Below are positions 21,264 to 32,705 of a stretch of DNA of 64,000 bases, in pieces. The position numbers and the translations under genes are program-made. The DNA comes from an uncultured Clostridia bacterium. GTDB lineage: Bacteria; Bacillota; Clostridia; TANB77; CAG-508. Each line of letters starts with the position of its first letter. Within the stretch, counting starts at the first letter, position 1. Under the pieces are notes generated by a model. That model had not been told where the DNA came from. It was given only the letters and a program-made list of their open reading frames with translations, and ran no database searches. The stretch spans positions 70,951-134,950 of the forward strand of contig CANQVJ010000004.1 in assembly GCA_947627295.1 (NCBI GenBank). The letters run 5' to 3'.

Positions 21264-21629
21264 CTATTCTTTCTTTGAATCTTTTTTAGTTTCTTTTTTT
21301 GCTTCTTTCTTAGCCTCTTCTTTTTTCTCTTTTTCTTCAGCTTCATTTAATTTTTTAATTTCTTTATTTGTTTTAGCTATTTCAGAAGTAAGGTTTTCCA
21401 TTTTCTTAATTTCTTCTTCTAAATCTGTTTTAAAATTAACAGTTTTCTTTCCTTCTTCATGTCTTTCATAAACCTTTTTACCAATCTCAATATAAGTATC
21501 TTTAACTTGAGATTTTAAATCATTAATTTGTAATTTGAACTTTGTTTCCTTTGCTAATTTCTCTGTTTTTTTAGCAGCAATCTTATAAGTTTCACTAGCT
21601 TTCTTTCCTAACTTATCAAGAAATTCCAT
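21264..21629 (-). CDS. hypothetical coiled-coil protein with a Lys/Glu-rich tail
   Basis: 121 aa with heptad-like charged repeats. Confidence 0.4.
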   Translation of the reverse strand: MEFLDKLGKKASETYKIAAKKTEKLAKETKFKLQINDLKSQVKDTYIEIGKKVYERHEEGKKTVNFKTDLEEEIKKMENLTSEIAKTNKEIKKLNEAEEKEKKEEAKKEAKKETKKDSKKE

Positions 21630-21691
21630 TTTTTATCCCTCCAATTTTATTATCTCAAAACTATGTTTAATTTATGCAAAAAATACAAATT

Positions 21692-22676
21692 TTATTCTTT
21701 GCGCTTAGCTCTAGTCATAAGTTGCTCAACAGCAACTTTTGGGTCAAGCCCTCTATAAATAACTTTATAAACTGTATCAATAATTGGAACATCAATTCCG
21801 TGAATATTGGCAAGTTCGTATGCAACCTCAATATTATCAATACTTTCAATTACCATGCCAACTTCCTTTTTAGTTTCTTCAAGAGTTCTGCCAGCTCCAA
21901 TTAACTTTCCGGCCTTTCTATTCCTGCTGTGTTCACTCATACAAGTAACAATCAAATCTCCCAAACCGCTAAGTCCATAAAAAGTTTCCCTTTTGCCACC
22001 AAGCTCAACTCCAAGCCTTGTAATTTCTGAAAGTCCTCTTGTAATTAAAGCAGCTACTGTGTTATCTCCTAATTCCAATGCAGCACACGCACCAGCGCAA
22101 AATGCAACAATATTTTTAAGAGCGGCTCCCACTTCAACACCCTTCATATCTGTTGAAGTATAAATTCTCATTTTATTACACATAAAAGTGTTTTGAACCA
22201 ATCTCAAAATTTGTTCATCTTTAGAAGCTATTACAAGTAAAGTTGGAATTCCAATAGAAACTTCCTCAGCATGACTAGGACCCGAAAGGATTCCCACTCT
22301 AGTATCAGGCTTTTCATCTAAAATAACTTCATCCAAAGTACTTAATGTATCTTTCTCAAAACCTTTAGAACAAATAATTACAGGAGTTTTTCCTACAAAA
22401 TCTTTATATTGCTTAAAAGTTTCCCTTGTGAATTTTGAAGGTGTAACATGTAAAATAAATTCCACATCTTTAACAACTTCCTCAATATTATTTGAGCACA
22501 CTATATTTTCTGGCAATTCCACATTAGGCAAAAACATGCATTTTCTTTCATTATTAATTAAATTTTTTTCTTCTTCTGAAAACGACCAAACCTTAACATC
22601 GTTTCCCAAATTTGCTAAATGTGTAGCAAGGGCTATTCCCCAACTACCGACTTCCAACTACGGCTATTTTTCTCAT
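21692..22676 (-). CDS. gpsA: NAD(P)H-dependent glycerol-3-phosphate dehydrogenase, N-terminal frameshift near 22640 (gaagtcggtag)
   Basis: MRKIAVVGS then, in a shifted frame, GSWGIALATHLA. GpsA core through ..VAVEQLMTRAKRKE. Confidence 0.85.
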
Positions 22677-22698
22677 TATATTTCTCCTTCTTTTGATT

Positions 22699-23327
22699 AT
22701 TTAAAACTAAGTTTATTCTCTGTTCCTGAAAGTATTCTTTTTAAATTACTCCTGTGGTTCCAAGTAAGAATCACTGCCATAATTATACCAAAAGTTATGT
22801 AATTTCCTGGTACAATGTAATTTTCATGTATGAATAAAGCAAGTACAGGATATAAAATTGAACCAGTTATTGAACCGAAGTGAAACCATTTTAGTTAAAG
22901 CCATAATTACAAGTGCAAACACTAGGCAAATCAAACCTAACTGCCAATTTGTAACTAGCGCAATTCCTAAAGAAGTTGCAACACCCTTTCCACCTTTAAA
23001 TTGAAAGAATATTGGGAAGGTATGTCCTAAAACGACTGCAACCCCCGCAATTTGCACAAGCAAAGCCTTATCTACATTTTCACCTACAATATTACCAACT
23101 ATAGCCGCGATTAAAACCGAAACTACTCCCTTTAACACATCACACACTAAAGTAATCAAAGCTGCCTTTTTTCCAACTGCACGAAGCATATTAGTACTTC
23201 CTGCATTACCACTGCCCTTTTTCCTTACATCAAACCCAGCCATTTTTTTACTAAAAATAACTGAAAAATTAATACTACCTATGGCATATGCCACTATTGC
23301 AATTATAATATAAACTGCCATTTTCAC
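22699..23327 (-). CDS. plsY: glycerol-3-phosphate acyltransferase PlsY, C-terminal frameshift near 22860-22880 (cttcggttc)
   Basis: GSGNAGSTN motif. The C-terminal 50 aa are recovered in a shifted frame (..LTWNHRSNLKRILSGTENKL). Confidence 0.85.
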
Positions 23328-23352
23328 TCCTCCTTTTTATTTTTTGATACAT

Positions 23353-24680
23353 TTATGTTAAATCTTTTTCATTCTTTTCTCTAATAATTAGCCTAATTGG
23401 CGTACCCTCAAGGCCAAACTCTTTTCTCAATTGATTTACAATATATCTTTGGTATGAAAAATGGAACAACTGCTTACTATTTGCAAAAATAACAAATGTA
23501 GGTGGTTTAGTGGTTGCCTGTGTACCATAATAAATTTTAAGCCTCTTGCCCTTATCTGTTGGTGGCTGAACTAAACTAATTGCTTCATTTATAACCTGAT
23601 TTAAAACAGATGTTGAAACCCTCTTAGAATTTTGTTCATTAACATTATTAATCATTTCAAAAATCTTATCAACCCTTTTACCGGTTTTAGCTGAAATGAA
23701 AATAATTGGAGCATAAGTTAAATATGAAAGTTTTGTATAAACTTGCTTTTTATATTTTTCTAAAGTGCCAGTTTCTTTTTCATATTCATCCCATTTGTTT
23801 ACAACAATTATAATACCCTTTCCGGCTTCATGAGCCTCTCCTGCAATTTTTGCATCTTGCTCAGTAACTCCTTCTAAAGCATCAATTAGCATCAAACAAA
23901 CATCTGACCTTTCAATTGCAAGCAATGTTCTCATAATACTAAACTTTTCAATCTTTTCTTTAACCTTGCTCTTTTTCCTAACACCTGCTGTATCTATAAA
24001 AGTATACTTTCCATGTTCATTTTCAAACTTGGAATCTATTGCATCTCTAGTGGTTCCAGCAATATTGCTAACAATATTTCTGTTCTCTCCAAGGATTTTA
24101 TTAATTAAAGACGACTTGCCAACATTGGGTTTTCCAATTACGGCAACTTTTATCTCCTCACCCTCGTCTTCATTTTCACCCTCTGGAAAATATTTATATA
24201 TTTCATCAAGGACATCACCTATACCAATACCATTTGTAGAAGAAATCGGAAATGGTTCCCCTATTCCTAGGTTGTAAAACTCATATGCAGATTGCTTATC
24301 AACCTCAAAATTATCTGCTTTGTTACAAACAAGTATAACTGGTTTTTGACTTCTTTTTAGCATTAAAGAAATTTCTTTATCCACAGCAGTTAAGCCCTGC
24401 CTGATATCTGTTACAAAAACAATAACATCAGCCATTGCAATAGCCAAATCTGCCTGCTCACGCATTTGAGATAAAATCACATCTTCACTTTCTGGTTCAA
24501 TTCCGCCAGTATCAATAATTGTGAAATCTCTACCGTTCCAGTTGGTTTCTGCATAAATTCTATCCCTAGTAACGCCTGGAGTATCTTCAACAATTGAAAT
24601 TCTGCTACCTGCTAAATAATTGAAAAATGTAGATTTACCAACATTGGGTTTTCCTACAATTGCAACAATTGGTTTTGACA
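23353..24680 (-). CDS. der: ribosome-associated GTPase Der (EngA), two GTPase domains plus KH-like
   Basis: two P-loops GKPNVGKST and GKPNVGKSS. Start taken at MSKPIVAIVG. The ORF-track N-extension has no RBS and is likely spurious. Confidence 0.9.
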
Positions 24681-24758
24681 TTTCCTTCTCCCTTCTTTTT
24701 ATATTACAATGCAGGCAAGGTTGAAACCAATAATTGATTTCAACCATAGCCCACAAAC

Positions 24759-26204
24759 TTAGATTCTTACAAATCCACCTATAACTTTATTTTCTCCTTC
24801 TTTTGGTAGGATTTTAGCTCCGCCAGAAAGCACAACTAAATCTCCTGTTTCAAGAACACTTTGTTCTTTAAGAATTCTAATTCCTTCAGAAATTTTATCT
24901 TCAATAGTCATATTTTCTCCATTAACATATAAAGGTGTAACTCCCCATGTTAATGCTAATTGATAATATGTTTGTATATCGTCAGCAATTGCAAATACTG
25001 GGCAACCTAATCCAAAACCAGATAGTTTGCGAATAGAATCACCTTTATGAGTATATGCAACAACTGCATCTGCCTTCATATGATTTGCTGTAATACCAGC
25101 AATATATGCAATATCAGTTTCTAAATCGTCAGCATCAATCTTATGAACTTTTCTTTTGAAGCGCTTCCAATAATTAATTGATTCTTCAATTGTAACAGCA
25201 ATCTTATCCATAATTTTAACGCACTCTACTGAATAGCTACCTAATGCACACTCTCCAGAAAGCATTATTGCTCCTGTTCTATCAAAAACTGCATTGGCAA
25301 CATCGCTAACTTCAGCTCTTGTAGGGCGTGGGTTAGTAATCATGCTTTCAAGCATTTGTGTTGCTGTAATAGAAGGTTTAGAATCGTCTATACAACCTTT
25401 TATGAAATCCTTTTGAACAATTGGAACTTCTTCAATTGGAATTTCAACACCCATATCACCACGAGCAACCATTATACCGTCAGCTGCTTCTAGAATTTCT
25501 TCAAAATTATCAATTCCTTCTTGGTTTTCAATTTTAGCAATAATTTTTACTTTTTCTCCACCAACACTTTTTAGAAGCTCTCTGATTTTATTAACATCAT
25601 CCACTCTTCTTACAAAAGAAGCTGCTATGAAGTCAACACCTGCTTTAACGCCATTTGTTATATCATAAGTATCTTCTTCTGTAATAGCTGGCAAGTCAAG
25701 CATTACACCTGGTACATTAACAGTTTTTCTGCTTCCTAATTTTGCTGTGTTTAGAGCTTTACAAACAATATCTTTGTCTTTAATTTCAACAACTTCAAAT
25801 TCTAAAGCTCCGTCATCTACTAGAATTTTAGTTCCTGGATGCATAGTTTTATATAATTCTTTATATGTAATTGAAGTTCTTTCATTATTACCAACTATAT
25901 CTTCATTTACAAATGTAAATGTTTGACCAACAGTAATTTTAACTTTTTTATCACCTGATTCTTGAATTCCAGTTCTAATTTCAGGTCCTTTTGTATCTAA
26001 TAAAATTGCAATTGGTTGATTTAATTCTTTTCTAACCTTTTTAATCATTTCAATTTTTTCTTTGTTCTCATCATATCCACCATGAGAAAAGTTGATTCTT
26101 GCTACATTTAACCCTGCTTCTACTAAACTTTTGAATTTTTCTTCACTATCACTTGCAGGTCCTATTGTTCCTATTATTTTTGTTTTTCTTATTCCTGTTT
26201 TCAT
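24759..26204 (-). CDS. pyk: pyruvate kinase
   Basis: KIIGTIGPAS, LLDTKGPEIRTG, MVARGDMGVEIP motifs. Confidence 0.9.
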   Translation of the reverse strand: MKTGIRKTKIIGTIGPASDSEEKFKSLVEAGLNVARINFSHGGYDENKEKIEMIKKVRKELNQPIAILLDTKGPEIRTGIQESGDKKVKITVGQTFTFVNEDIVGNNERTSITYKELYKTMHPGTKILVDDGALEFEVVEIKDKDIVCKALNTAKLGSRKTVNVPGVMLDLPAITEEDTYDITNGVKAGVDFIAASFVRRVDDVNKIRELLKSVGGEKVKIIAKIENQEGIDNFEEILEAADGIMVARGDMGVEIPIEEVPIVQKDFIKGCIDDSKPSITATQMLESMITNPRPTRAEVSDVANAVFDRTGAIMLSGECALGSYSVECVKIMDKIAVTIEESINYWKRFKRKVHKIDADDLETDIAYIAGITANHMKADAVVAYTHKGDSIRKLSGFGLGCPVFAIADDIQTYYQLALTWGVTPLYVNGENMTIEDKISEGIRILKEQSVLETGDLVVLSGGAKILPKEGENKVIGGFVRI

Positions 26205-26219
26205 TAATATCCCCCTAAC

Positions 26220-27533
26220 TTAATATCCTGGTTTTTTCAATAATTTGAACATGTTTTTCTTGTATTCTTCAACACCTGGTTGATTAAATGGATTTATTCC
26301 TAAAATTAATCCAGACATTGCACAAGATTTTTCAAAGAAATAGATTAAACGACCTATGTTCTCTTCATCCAAACTATCAATTGTAATGCTTATATTTGGA
26401 ACATCTCCACTAATGTGAGCTTGCACAGTTCCTTCCATAGCTTTTTTATTAACATAGTCTAAAGTCTTGCCTGCAAGATAATTTAGACCGTCAAGATTAT
26501 CTTCGTCTTGACCAATTGTAATATCATTTTTTGGTGTTTTGATATTAACAACTGTTTCAAATAAATTTCTTCTACCGTCTTGAATATATTGACCCATTGA
26601 GTGTAAATCTGTAGTATTTTCAACTCCAAGTGGTAAAATACCTTTTTTATCTTTTCCTTCACTTTCACCATAAAGTTGTTTCCACCACTCTGTAAAGTAG
26701 TGCATTTTTGGCTCATAATTAACAAGCACTTCTTCATTTTTGTTCTTTTCATATAAAATGTTTCTTGCAACCGCATATTGGTAGCAGTCGTTATACTTTA
26801 TTGAAGGGTCGTTATACTCTTCTTGAGCATCTCTTGCACCTTTCATTAATTTATCAATATCAATACCAGCTGCAGCTATTGGAAGTAAACCAACTGCTGT
26901 TAATACAGAATATCTTCCACCAACATTGTCTGGAATAACAAACATTTCATAACCTTCACTCTTAGCTAGTTGATTTAAAGCTCCTCTTTCTTTATCTGTT
27001 GTAGCATAAATTCTGCTTCTTGCTTCATCAATTCCATATTTGTTTTCAAGAATTTCCCTGAACATCCTAAATGCTATTGCTGGCTCTGTAGTAGTTCCAG
27101 ATTTAGAAATAACATTTACAGAAAAATCTCTATCTCCAATATATTCAATTAACTCACTTAAATAATTTGAACTTAAACTATTTCCTGCAAATAAAATTTG
27201 TGGAAATTCTCTTTGTTCATCACTCATCATGTTATTGAAAGAACTTGTTAATGCTTCAACAACAGCTCTTGCTCCTAAATAAGAACCACCAATTCCAATA
27301 ACAACTAAAACATCAGATTCTTTCTTTATTTTTTCAGCTGCCTTTTTTATTCTTTCAAATTCCTCTTTGTCATAATCTGTTGGTAATTCTAACCAACCCA
27401 CAAAATCCTTAATATCTTTAGATCTTTTTTTAAGCTCCTTGTGAATTAATTCTACTTTAGATTTATAACCTAAAATATCTTTTTGTTCAACACCACTATT
27501 TTCTAAATTTAATTTTACTGACATAACTTTCAA
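26220..27533 (-). CDS. pgi: glucose-6-phosphate isomerase
   Basis: [22 protein letters not shown] motifs. Confidence 0.9.
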   Translation of the reverse strand: MKVMSVKLNLENSGVEQKDILGYKSKVELIHKELKKRSKDIKDFVGWLELPTDYDKEEFERIKKAAEKIKKESDVLVVIGIGGSYLGARAVVEALTSSFNNMMSDEQREFPQILFAGNSLSSNYLSELIEYIGDRDFSVNVISKSGTTTEPAIAFRMFREILENKYGIDEARSRIYATTDKERGALNQLAKSEGYEMFVIPDNVGGRYSVLTAVGLLPIAAAGIDIDKLMKGARDAQEEYNDPSIKYNDCYQYAVARNILYEKNKNEEVLVNYEPKMHYFTEWWKQLYGESEGKDKKGILPLGVENTTDLHSMGQYIQDGRRNLFETVVNIKTPKNDITIGQDEDNLDGLNYLAGKTLDYVNKKAMEGTVQAHISGDVPNISITIDSLDEENIGRLIYFFEKSCAMSGLILGINPFNQPGVEEYKKNMFKLLKKPGY

Positions 27534-27537
27534 CCTC

Positions 27538-28752
27538 CTATATCTCTAATTTATGGAATACCTTTTTCCCTTTTTTGAGTATTGCATAACCATTTTCAAA
27601 ATCTTTAGAAGTAAGATTATAGTTCATATCAGTGATTTTAATATCATTTAGTGATATTCCACCTTGATTTACCAATGTTCTTGCTTGACCCTTTGAAGGT
27701 GCAAGCCCAGCAGTAACTATTGCATCTAAAATAGAAATATCAGAGCTTTCTAATTTTGTAGAAGGCATACTTTCAATATTTCCTTTACCTTCAAACAATG
27801 CATTTGAAGCTTCTTCAGCTTTTTTAGCTTCTGCCTCTCCATGAATTAATTTTGTAATCTCAAAGGCTGCTATTTTCTTAACCTCATTGATTTTTTCATT
27901 TTTATAATTTGCATACTCTTTTATTTTTTCCATAGGGATAAAAGTAAGCAATTTTAAAACATTAATAACACTTTCATCTTCAATATTTCTCCAATATTGA
28001 TAAAACTCATAAGGTGATGTTTTCTTACTATCAAGCCATAGGGCTCCCTTTTCAGTTTTGCCCATTTTCTTACCTTCTTTAGTTGTAAGAAGTTTAAATG
28101 TAAATCCATAAGAATCGTCTTTACCAATTTTTCTAATTAGTTCTACACCACCAATTATATTTGACCATTGATCATTTCCACCCATTTCTAGCTTACAACC
28201 ATATTCATTATATAAATGTAAGAAATCATATGATTGCATAAGCATATAGCTTAATTCAAAAAATGTTAGGCCCTTTTCCATCCTTTGCTTATAGCACTCT
28301 GCTGCAAGCATTTTATTTACTGAAAACAAACTACCAATTTCGCGAGTGAAATCTATAAATTTCAAATCAAGAAGCCAATCAGCATTATTTACAATAATTG
28401 CTTTATTCTCTCCTTCAAAACTCACAAACTTAGAAATTTGCTCTTTTATGCACTCAACATTTTTTTCAATTTCTTCACGAGAAAGCATTTTTCTCATATC
28501 AGTTTTTCCTGAAGGGTCCCCTATAACAGCGGTTCCCCCACCTACAAGAATAATTGGTGTATGACCATGTTTTTGCATTACACTTGCTACCATTAAAGAA
28601 ACAAAGTGACCTACATGCAAACTATCTGCAGTAGGGTCAATTCCAATATAAAATGGGACTTTCTTACTTCCCAATAATTCTCTAATTTCTTCTGGATGTG
28701 TAAGTTGCTCTATATAGCCTCTTTCAATAAGTATGTCTAAAACATTGTTCAT
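27538..28752 (-). CDS. tyrS: tyrosine--tRNA ligase
   Basis: HVGH (HIGH) and KMGKT (KMSKS) motifs, with a C-terminal S4 domain. Confidence 0.9.
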   Translation of the reverse strand: MNNVLDILIERGYIEQLTHPEEIRELLGSKKVPFYIGIDPTADSLHVGHFVSLMVASVMQKHGHTPIILVGGGTAVIGDPSGKTDMRKMLSREEIEKNVECIKEQISKFVSFEGENKAIIVNNADWLLDLKFIDFTREIGSLFSVNKMLAAECYKQRMEKGLTFFELSYMLMQSYDFLHLYNEYGCKLEMGGNDQWSNIIGGVELIRKIGKDDSYGFTFKLLTTKEGKKMGKTEKGALWLDSKKTSPYEFYQYWRNIEDESVINVLKLLTFIPMEKIKEYANYKNEKINEVKKIAAFEITKLIHGEAEAKKAEEASNALFEGKGNIESMPSTKLESSDISILDAIVTAGLAPSKGQARTLVNQGGISLNDIKITDMNYNLTSKDFENGYAILKKGKKVFHKLEI

Positions 28753-29009
28753 TACAATTCCTCTTTTCCTAGATTGTTAAAACCTTTAGCATATTCTTCA
28801 AATCCTTTATAACCCAAATATCTATTTAAATGCCTTGCTGGTATTCCAAGTTCTACTGAAATTGAATCAATAGAATTTTGAACTCCATTTTTTTCTACAT
28901 AACTCTTAAATGTGGATTGTTCAAAATTATCTTTAGCATTACATCTTGGGCAAACATCTCCCTCAGTAACATAAAAATTTCCACACCTTTTACATTTGTT
29001 AAACTCCAT
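28752..29009 (-). CDS. hypothetical zinc-ribbon plus HTH small protein
   Basis: CKRCG..CPRCN ribbon followed by ISVELGIPARHLNRYL. Confidence 0.4.
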   Translation of the reverse strand: MEFNKCKRCGNFYVTEGDVCPRCNAKDNFEQSTFKSYVEKNGVQNSIDSISVELGIPARHLNRYLGYKGFEEYAKGFNNLGKEEL

Positions 29010-29073
29010 TTTTTATTCCTTCTTTCTTAGGTTTTTTTGGACCATATGCATTATACCACAAAATTCGACAAAA

Positions 29074-30303
29074 TTAAACCCTTTTTCTTCTAATTATCCA
29101 ATTTTTTTCACATTTTATTGGAAGAGTGATTTTAACTTGCTGACCTTTAACTCCTGGACTAATGCTTTCAATTCCTTCATCTGTTTGTATATCATATAAA
29201 TTTTCTATCTTAAACTTGCATGGTTCTAGCTCATTTGGGATTAAAATTTCCATTTCATCCCCCACCATTAATTTATTTTTTATCTCAACAATATATTTGT
29301 TTTCCGCTTCCTCTTCTAAAACTTTTGCTCCAAATTCATATTCGTCATTATACTGCCTTCCTGCAAATTCTTGAGTATCTTTATTATTTCTATCATTAAA
29401 ATAAAATGTGGTAAGTTCTCTTGTTTTAACCTTTTCAAGTTCTTTCATGCACTTTTCATAATTAAACTTGCCTTCTTTGCAACTATCAATTGCATGTCTA
29501 TAAACATTTATAACACTTGCCAAATAATATTCAGTTTTTAACCTTCCTTCAATTTTTAAGCTATCAACACCCATTTCCATAATCTCAGGAAGTTCCTTTA
29601 GCAAGCATAAATCCTTAGAAGAAAAAATGCTATTTCCATATTCACTAATTTCAATTGGCATAAGCTCTCCAGGAGTGTTTACTTCTTCAGCATATAAATT
29701 ATAGCTCCACCTGCAGCTTTGTGCACAATCTCCTAAATTTGCACTCCTACATGTTGCAAAATCACTCAGGAAGCACCTTCCAGAAAACGCAAAACAAATT
29801 GCCCCATGTATGAAAATTTCAATTTCCATATCATTTGGCTTATTTTCCATTATATATTTTAATTGTTCTTTGTTCATTTCCCTTGCAAGAATCATACGCT
29901 TTGCGCCATTTTTTTGCCAAAACAAACAATCTTGCAAACTCACAATATTTGCCTGTGTGCTAACATTAATTGGAACACTTGGCGCATATTTTTTAACAAC
30001 TTCCATTACTCCGCCGTCTGCTACAATTATTCCGTCTGGCTTAAGTTCTTCTAATTTTTTTGCCATGTTTGTAATTTCTTCATACTTTTCATCCCATGCA
30101 AAAATATTTAGTGTAACATAAACCTTTTTGCCAATTTCGTGTGCATATTTAATTGTTTTTTCTAAATCTCCGTCTTGCATATCAGCTCTGGTTCTAAGCG
30201 AAAGCGAAGAGGTGCCCGCATATACTGCATCTGCGCCATATAAAAAGGCAACTTTTGCCTTTTCAAACGACCCTGCCGGTGCCAACAATTCAGGTACTTT
30301 CAT
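29074..30303 (-). CDS. U32-family peptidase (collagenase-like PrtC/YhbU type)
   Basis: MKVPELLAPAGS..AVYAG..EIFIHGAICFAFSGRCFLS U32 signature. Confidence 0.8.
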   Translation of the reverse strand: MKVPELLAPAGSFEKAKVAFLYGADAVYAGTSSLSLRTRADMQDGDLEKTIKYAHEIGKKVYVTLNIFAWDEKYEEITNMAKKLEELKPDGIIVADGGVMEVVKKYAPSVPINVSTQANIVSLQDCLFWQKNGAKRMILAREMNKEQLKYIMENKPNDMEIEIFIHGAICFAFSGRCFLSDFATCRSANLGDCAQSCRWSYNLYAEEVNTPGELMPIEISEYGNSIFSSKDLCLLKELPEIMEMGVDSLKIEGRLKTEYYLASVINVYRHAIDSCKEGKFNYEKCMKELEKVKTRELTTFYFNDRNNKDTQEFAGRQYNDEYEFGAKVLEEEAENKYIVEIKNKLMVGDEMEILIPNELEPCKFKIENLYDIQTDEGIESISPGVKGQQVKITLPIKCEKNWIIRRKRV

Positions 30304-30317
30304 TGAAGCCCACCTTC

Positions 30318-32024
30318 CTATTCTTCTTTGTAATCTTCAATTTTAATATCTTCTATTTCTGGAATTTCTAAAAGTTTTTCCTTAACTGTTTCAATTTTTT
30401 CAACTTTTCTTGTTTCAACAACAATTTCAATTTTAACATCGTCATTATTAATATCAGTATTAAATACTAAAATGTTGAGTTTGTGAATTGCAAATATTTT
30501 AGTAATATCAAGAACCAAGTTGATTTTATCTTTTGCTTCAACTTTAACTAAATATTTATTCTTTTCTTTACCTTCATATTCTTTAAGAAGACTTATAATT
30601 TCACGCCTAGCTTTTGCTGTTTTAACACAATCAAGCCACTCACGGTTTGGCATACAATCTGAATTGCCAGCTAAAATTTCTACAATATTTCCATTTTTTA
30701 ATTTAGTTGTAATTGGCATATTAACACTATTAATCTTACAACCTGTAATTTGCCTACCCATATTTGTGTGAATATAATATGCAAAATCAAGTGCAGTTGA
30801 ACCTTTTGGAAGTGCAATAATATTTCCCTTTGGAGTAAATACATAAACCTCGTCGTCAAAAAGTTCGTCCTTCAAAGTATTTAAAAATACATTTGGGTCT
30901 CCTGTAAGGTTGTTTAGTTCTAAAGTTTCATGTACACCTGCTAGCTTATTTAAAAATTCATTTTCTTCATGACTTTTATTTGTTTTTAAATGTCTGTAAT
31001 AACTGGTAATTCCGTATTTAGAAATAATGTTCATTTCATAACTACATATTTGAGCTTCTACTATAACTCCTCTTTCACCAATTATTATTTCATGAATTGC
31101 TTGATACATGTTGTTTCTAGGTACTGCAATATAATCTACAAAAGTTTTTGGAATCATTGTGAACTTGTTGTTGATTAAGCCTAATACCTTATAACAATCT
31201 CTTTTATTTTTTGTAATAATCTTAATTGAAAATAAATCTTTTAATTGGTCCATTGAACAATTTTTTTGTTTCATTTTTTTATAGATATTATATAAGTGCT
31301 TTGTTTCTACAGAAATAATTGCAGCAATTCTTTCTTTTTTAAGTTCTTTTTCTATTCTTAATTTAGTTCTATCTAAATATTCTTTGTTATCTTCAATTTT
31401 CTTTTCTAATTCTTTAGTAATCTTTTTATAACTTTCAGGGTGTAGATATTGGAACGAATTATCTTGAAGCTTCATTTTTAAATCATACATACCAAGCTTA
31501 TGAGCAATTGGTGCATAAAATTCAACAGTTTCTTTAGCAATGGCAAGTTGCCTATCTTTCTTCAAATATTGCAAAGTTGAAATGTTGTGCAATCTATCAG
31601 CAAGTTTTAATAAAATAACTCTAATATCTTTTTCCATTGCAATAAACATTTTCTTAAAGTTTTCTGCTTGCTTTTCTTCAGCAGTAATAAATAACTGAGT
31701 TAATTTAGTAACACCTTCAACAATTTCAGCAACTTCTACATTAAACATTTCTTCAATATCTTCATATGTTGCATCAGTATCTTCAACAACATCATGTAAA
31801 AGCGCTGCACAAATAGTTGGTGTATCTAAACCGAACCTTGCCACAATGTATGCAACATGCATTGGATGTATGATGTATGGCTCACCAGATTTTCTGCGTT
31901 GATCTTTATGTTTTTCAGCCGCGTATTTATACGCCTTTTCTATCATAGCCTTATCAATATTCCTATTTTTCCTTCTAGCTTCTCTAATTATATCTTTTAA
32001 TTCTACTTTATCATTTTCACCCAT
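30318..32024 (-). CDS. rel: RelA/SpoT homologue, short (568 aa). The HD hydrolase domain is intact. Synthetase-domain motifs are partly degenerate. TGS and ACT domains are present
   Basis: HD: HPMHVAYIV..HDVVEDT..DRLHN. Synthetase: DCYKVLG, DYIAVPRNNMYQAIHE present, but E-T-K-H in place of G-R-x-K, and EAQICS in place of EIQIRT. TGS: VYVFTPKGNIIALPKGSTALDFAY. Confidence 0.8.
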   Translation of the reverse strand: MGENDKVELKDIIREARRKNRNIDKAMIEKAYKYAAEKHKDQRRKSGEPYIIHPMHVAYIVARFGLDTPTICAALLHDVVEDTDATYEDIEEMFNVEVAEIVEGVTKLTQLFITAEEKQAENFKKMFIAMEKDIRVILLKLADRLHNISTLQYLKKDRQLAIAKETVEFYAPIAHKLGMYDLKMKLQDNSFQYLHPESYKKITKELEKKIEDNKEYLDRTKLRIEKELKKERIAAIISVETKHLYNIYKKMKQKNCSMDQLKDLFSIKIITKNKRDCYKVLGLINNKFTMIPKTFVDYIAVPRNNMYQAIHEIIIGERGVIVEAQICSYEMNIISKYGITSYYRHLKTNKSHEENEFLNKLAGVHETLELNNLTGDPNVFLNTLKDELFDDEVYVFTPKGNIIALPKGSTALDFAYYIHTNMGRQITGCKINSVNMPITTKLKNGNIVEILAGNSDCMPNREWLDCVKTAKARREIISLLKEYEGKEKNKYLVKVEAKDKINLVLDITKIFAIHKLNILVFNTDINNDDVKIEIVVETRKVEKIETVKEKLLEIPEIEDIKIEDYKEE

Positions 32025-32090
32025 TTAAATTTCCCCCGTTATATGTTCCAAATTATATCATATTCTACTTTTTTATACAACAGAAAAGTA

Positions 32091-32123
32091 AAAAAAACAG
32101 CAGGAAATTTTAAATTCCTACTG
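32091..32123 (-). terminator. rho-independent terminator after the O-methyltransferase/typA unit
   Basis: CAGCAGGAAATTT/AAATTCCTACTG hairpin followed by a T-run on the minus strand. Confidence 0.5.
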
Positions 32124-32700
32124 ACCTTTTAATTTAGTTATTGCAAGCCCGTCTCCAACTTCTAGGATTTTGGTTGATAGACCCTCTCTATTTGTTGCAA
32201 TTGCTATATATTCTCTTAAGTTCCTTACTGCTGTTCTTTGTTTATGTTTATTATAATCACTCATAACATAGCCCTTATACAAAATATTGTCTGCAAAAAT
32301 TATTCCATTTTCATTTAAAAGCCTTAAAGATTGTTCTAAGAAAAATGGATACTTACCCTTTGCTGCATCTATAAAAACCGCATCATATTTTGTATTTAGC
32401 TTTGGTAAAATTTCAACAGCATCTCCTTCATAAATTGTAATAATATCTTGAACTCCTGCTTTTTTGAAATTCTCTTTAGCTTCTTTAACCCTATCTTCTT
32501 CTCTTTCAATAGTATCTATCTTTCCGCCTTGAGCTAGCATTTTAGAAAAGCAGATTGCAGAATAGCCGAACCGCTGCTCCTATTTCAAGAAAAGTTTTTG
32601 GTGGGTTATCTTTTAAACATTTTGCAATTTCTCTTAAAACATCATCTTGCACAATTGGTATGTGCTCATCCAATGCTTTTTCTTTTATTTCTTTTATTAT
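32118..32700 (-). CDS. class I SAM-dependent O-methyltransferase (family 3, YrrM-like), frameshift near 32560 (gcggttcggc)
   Basis: the N-terminal part MSEIIKEIKEKALDEHIPIVQDD..FLEIG is in another frame upstream of ORF 32118-32540. VFIDAAKGKY motif. Confidence 0.7.
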
Positions 32701-32705
32701 TTCAC

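Noticed and set aside
24681-24756. N-terminal 25-aa extension of Der (MWAMVEINYWFQPCLHCNIKRREKE)
   Set aside because: The conserved Der start MSKPIVAIVG has its own context. The extension has no homology and is probably just an upstream in-frame ATG
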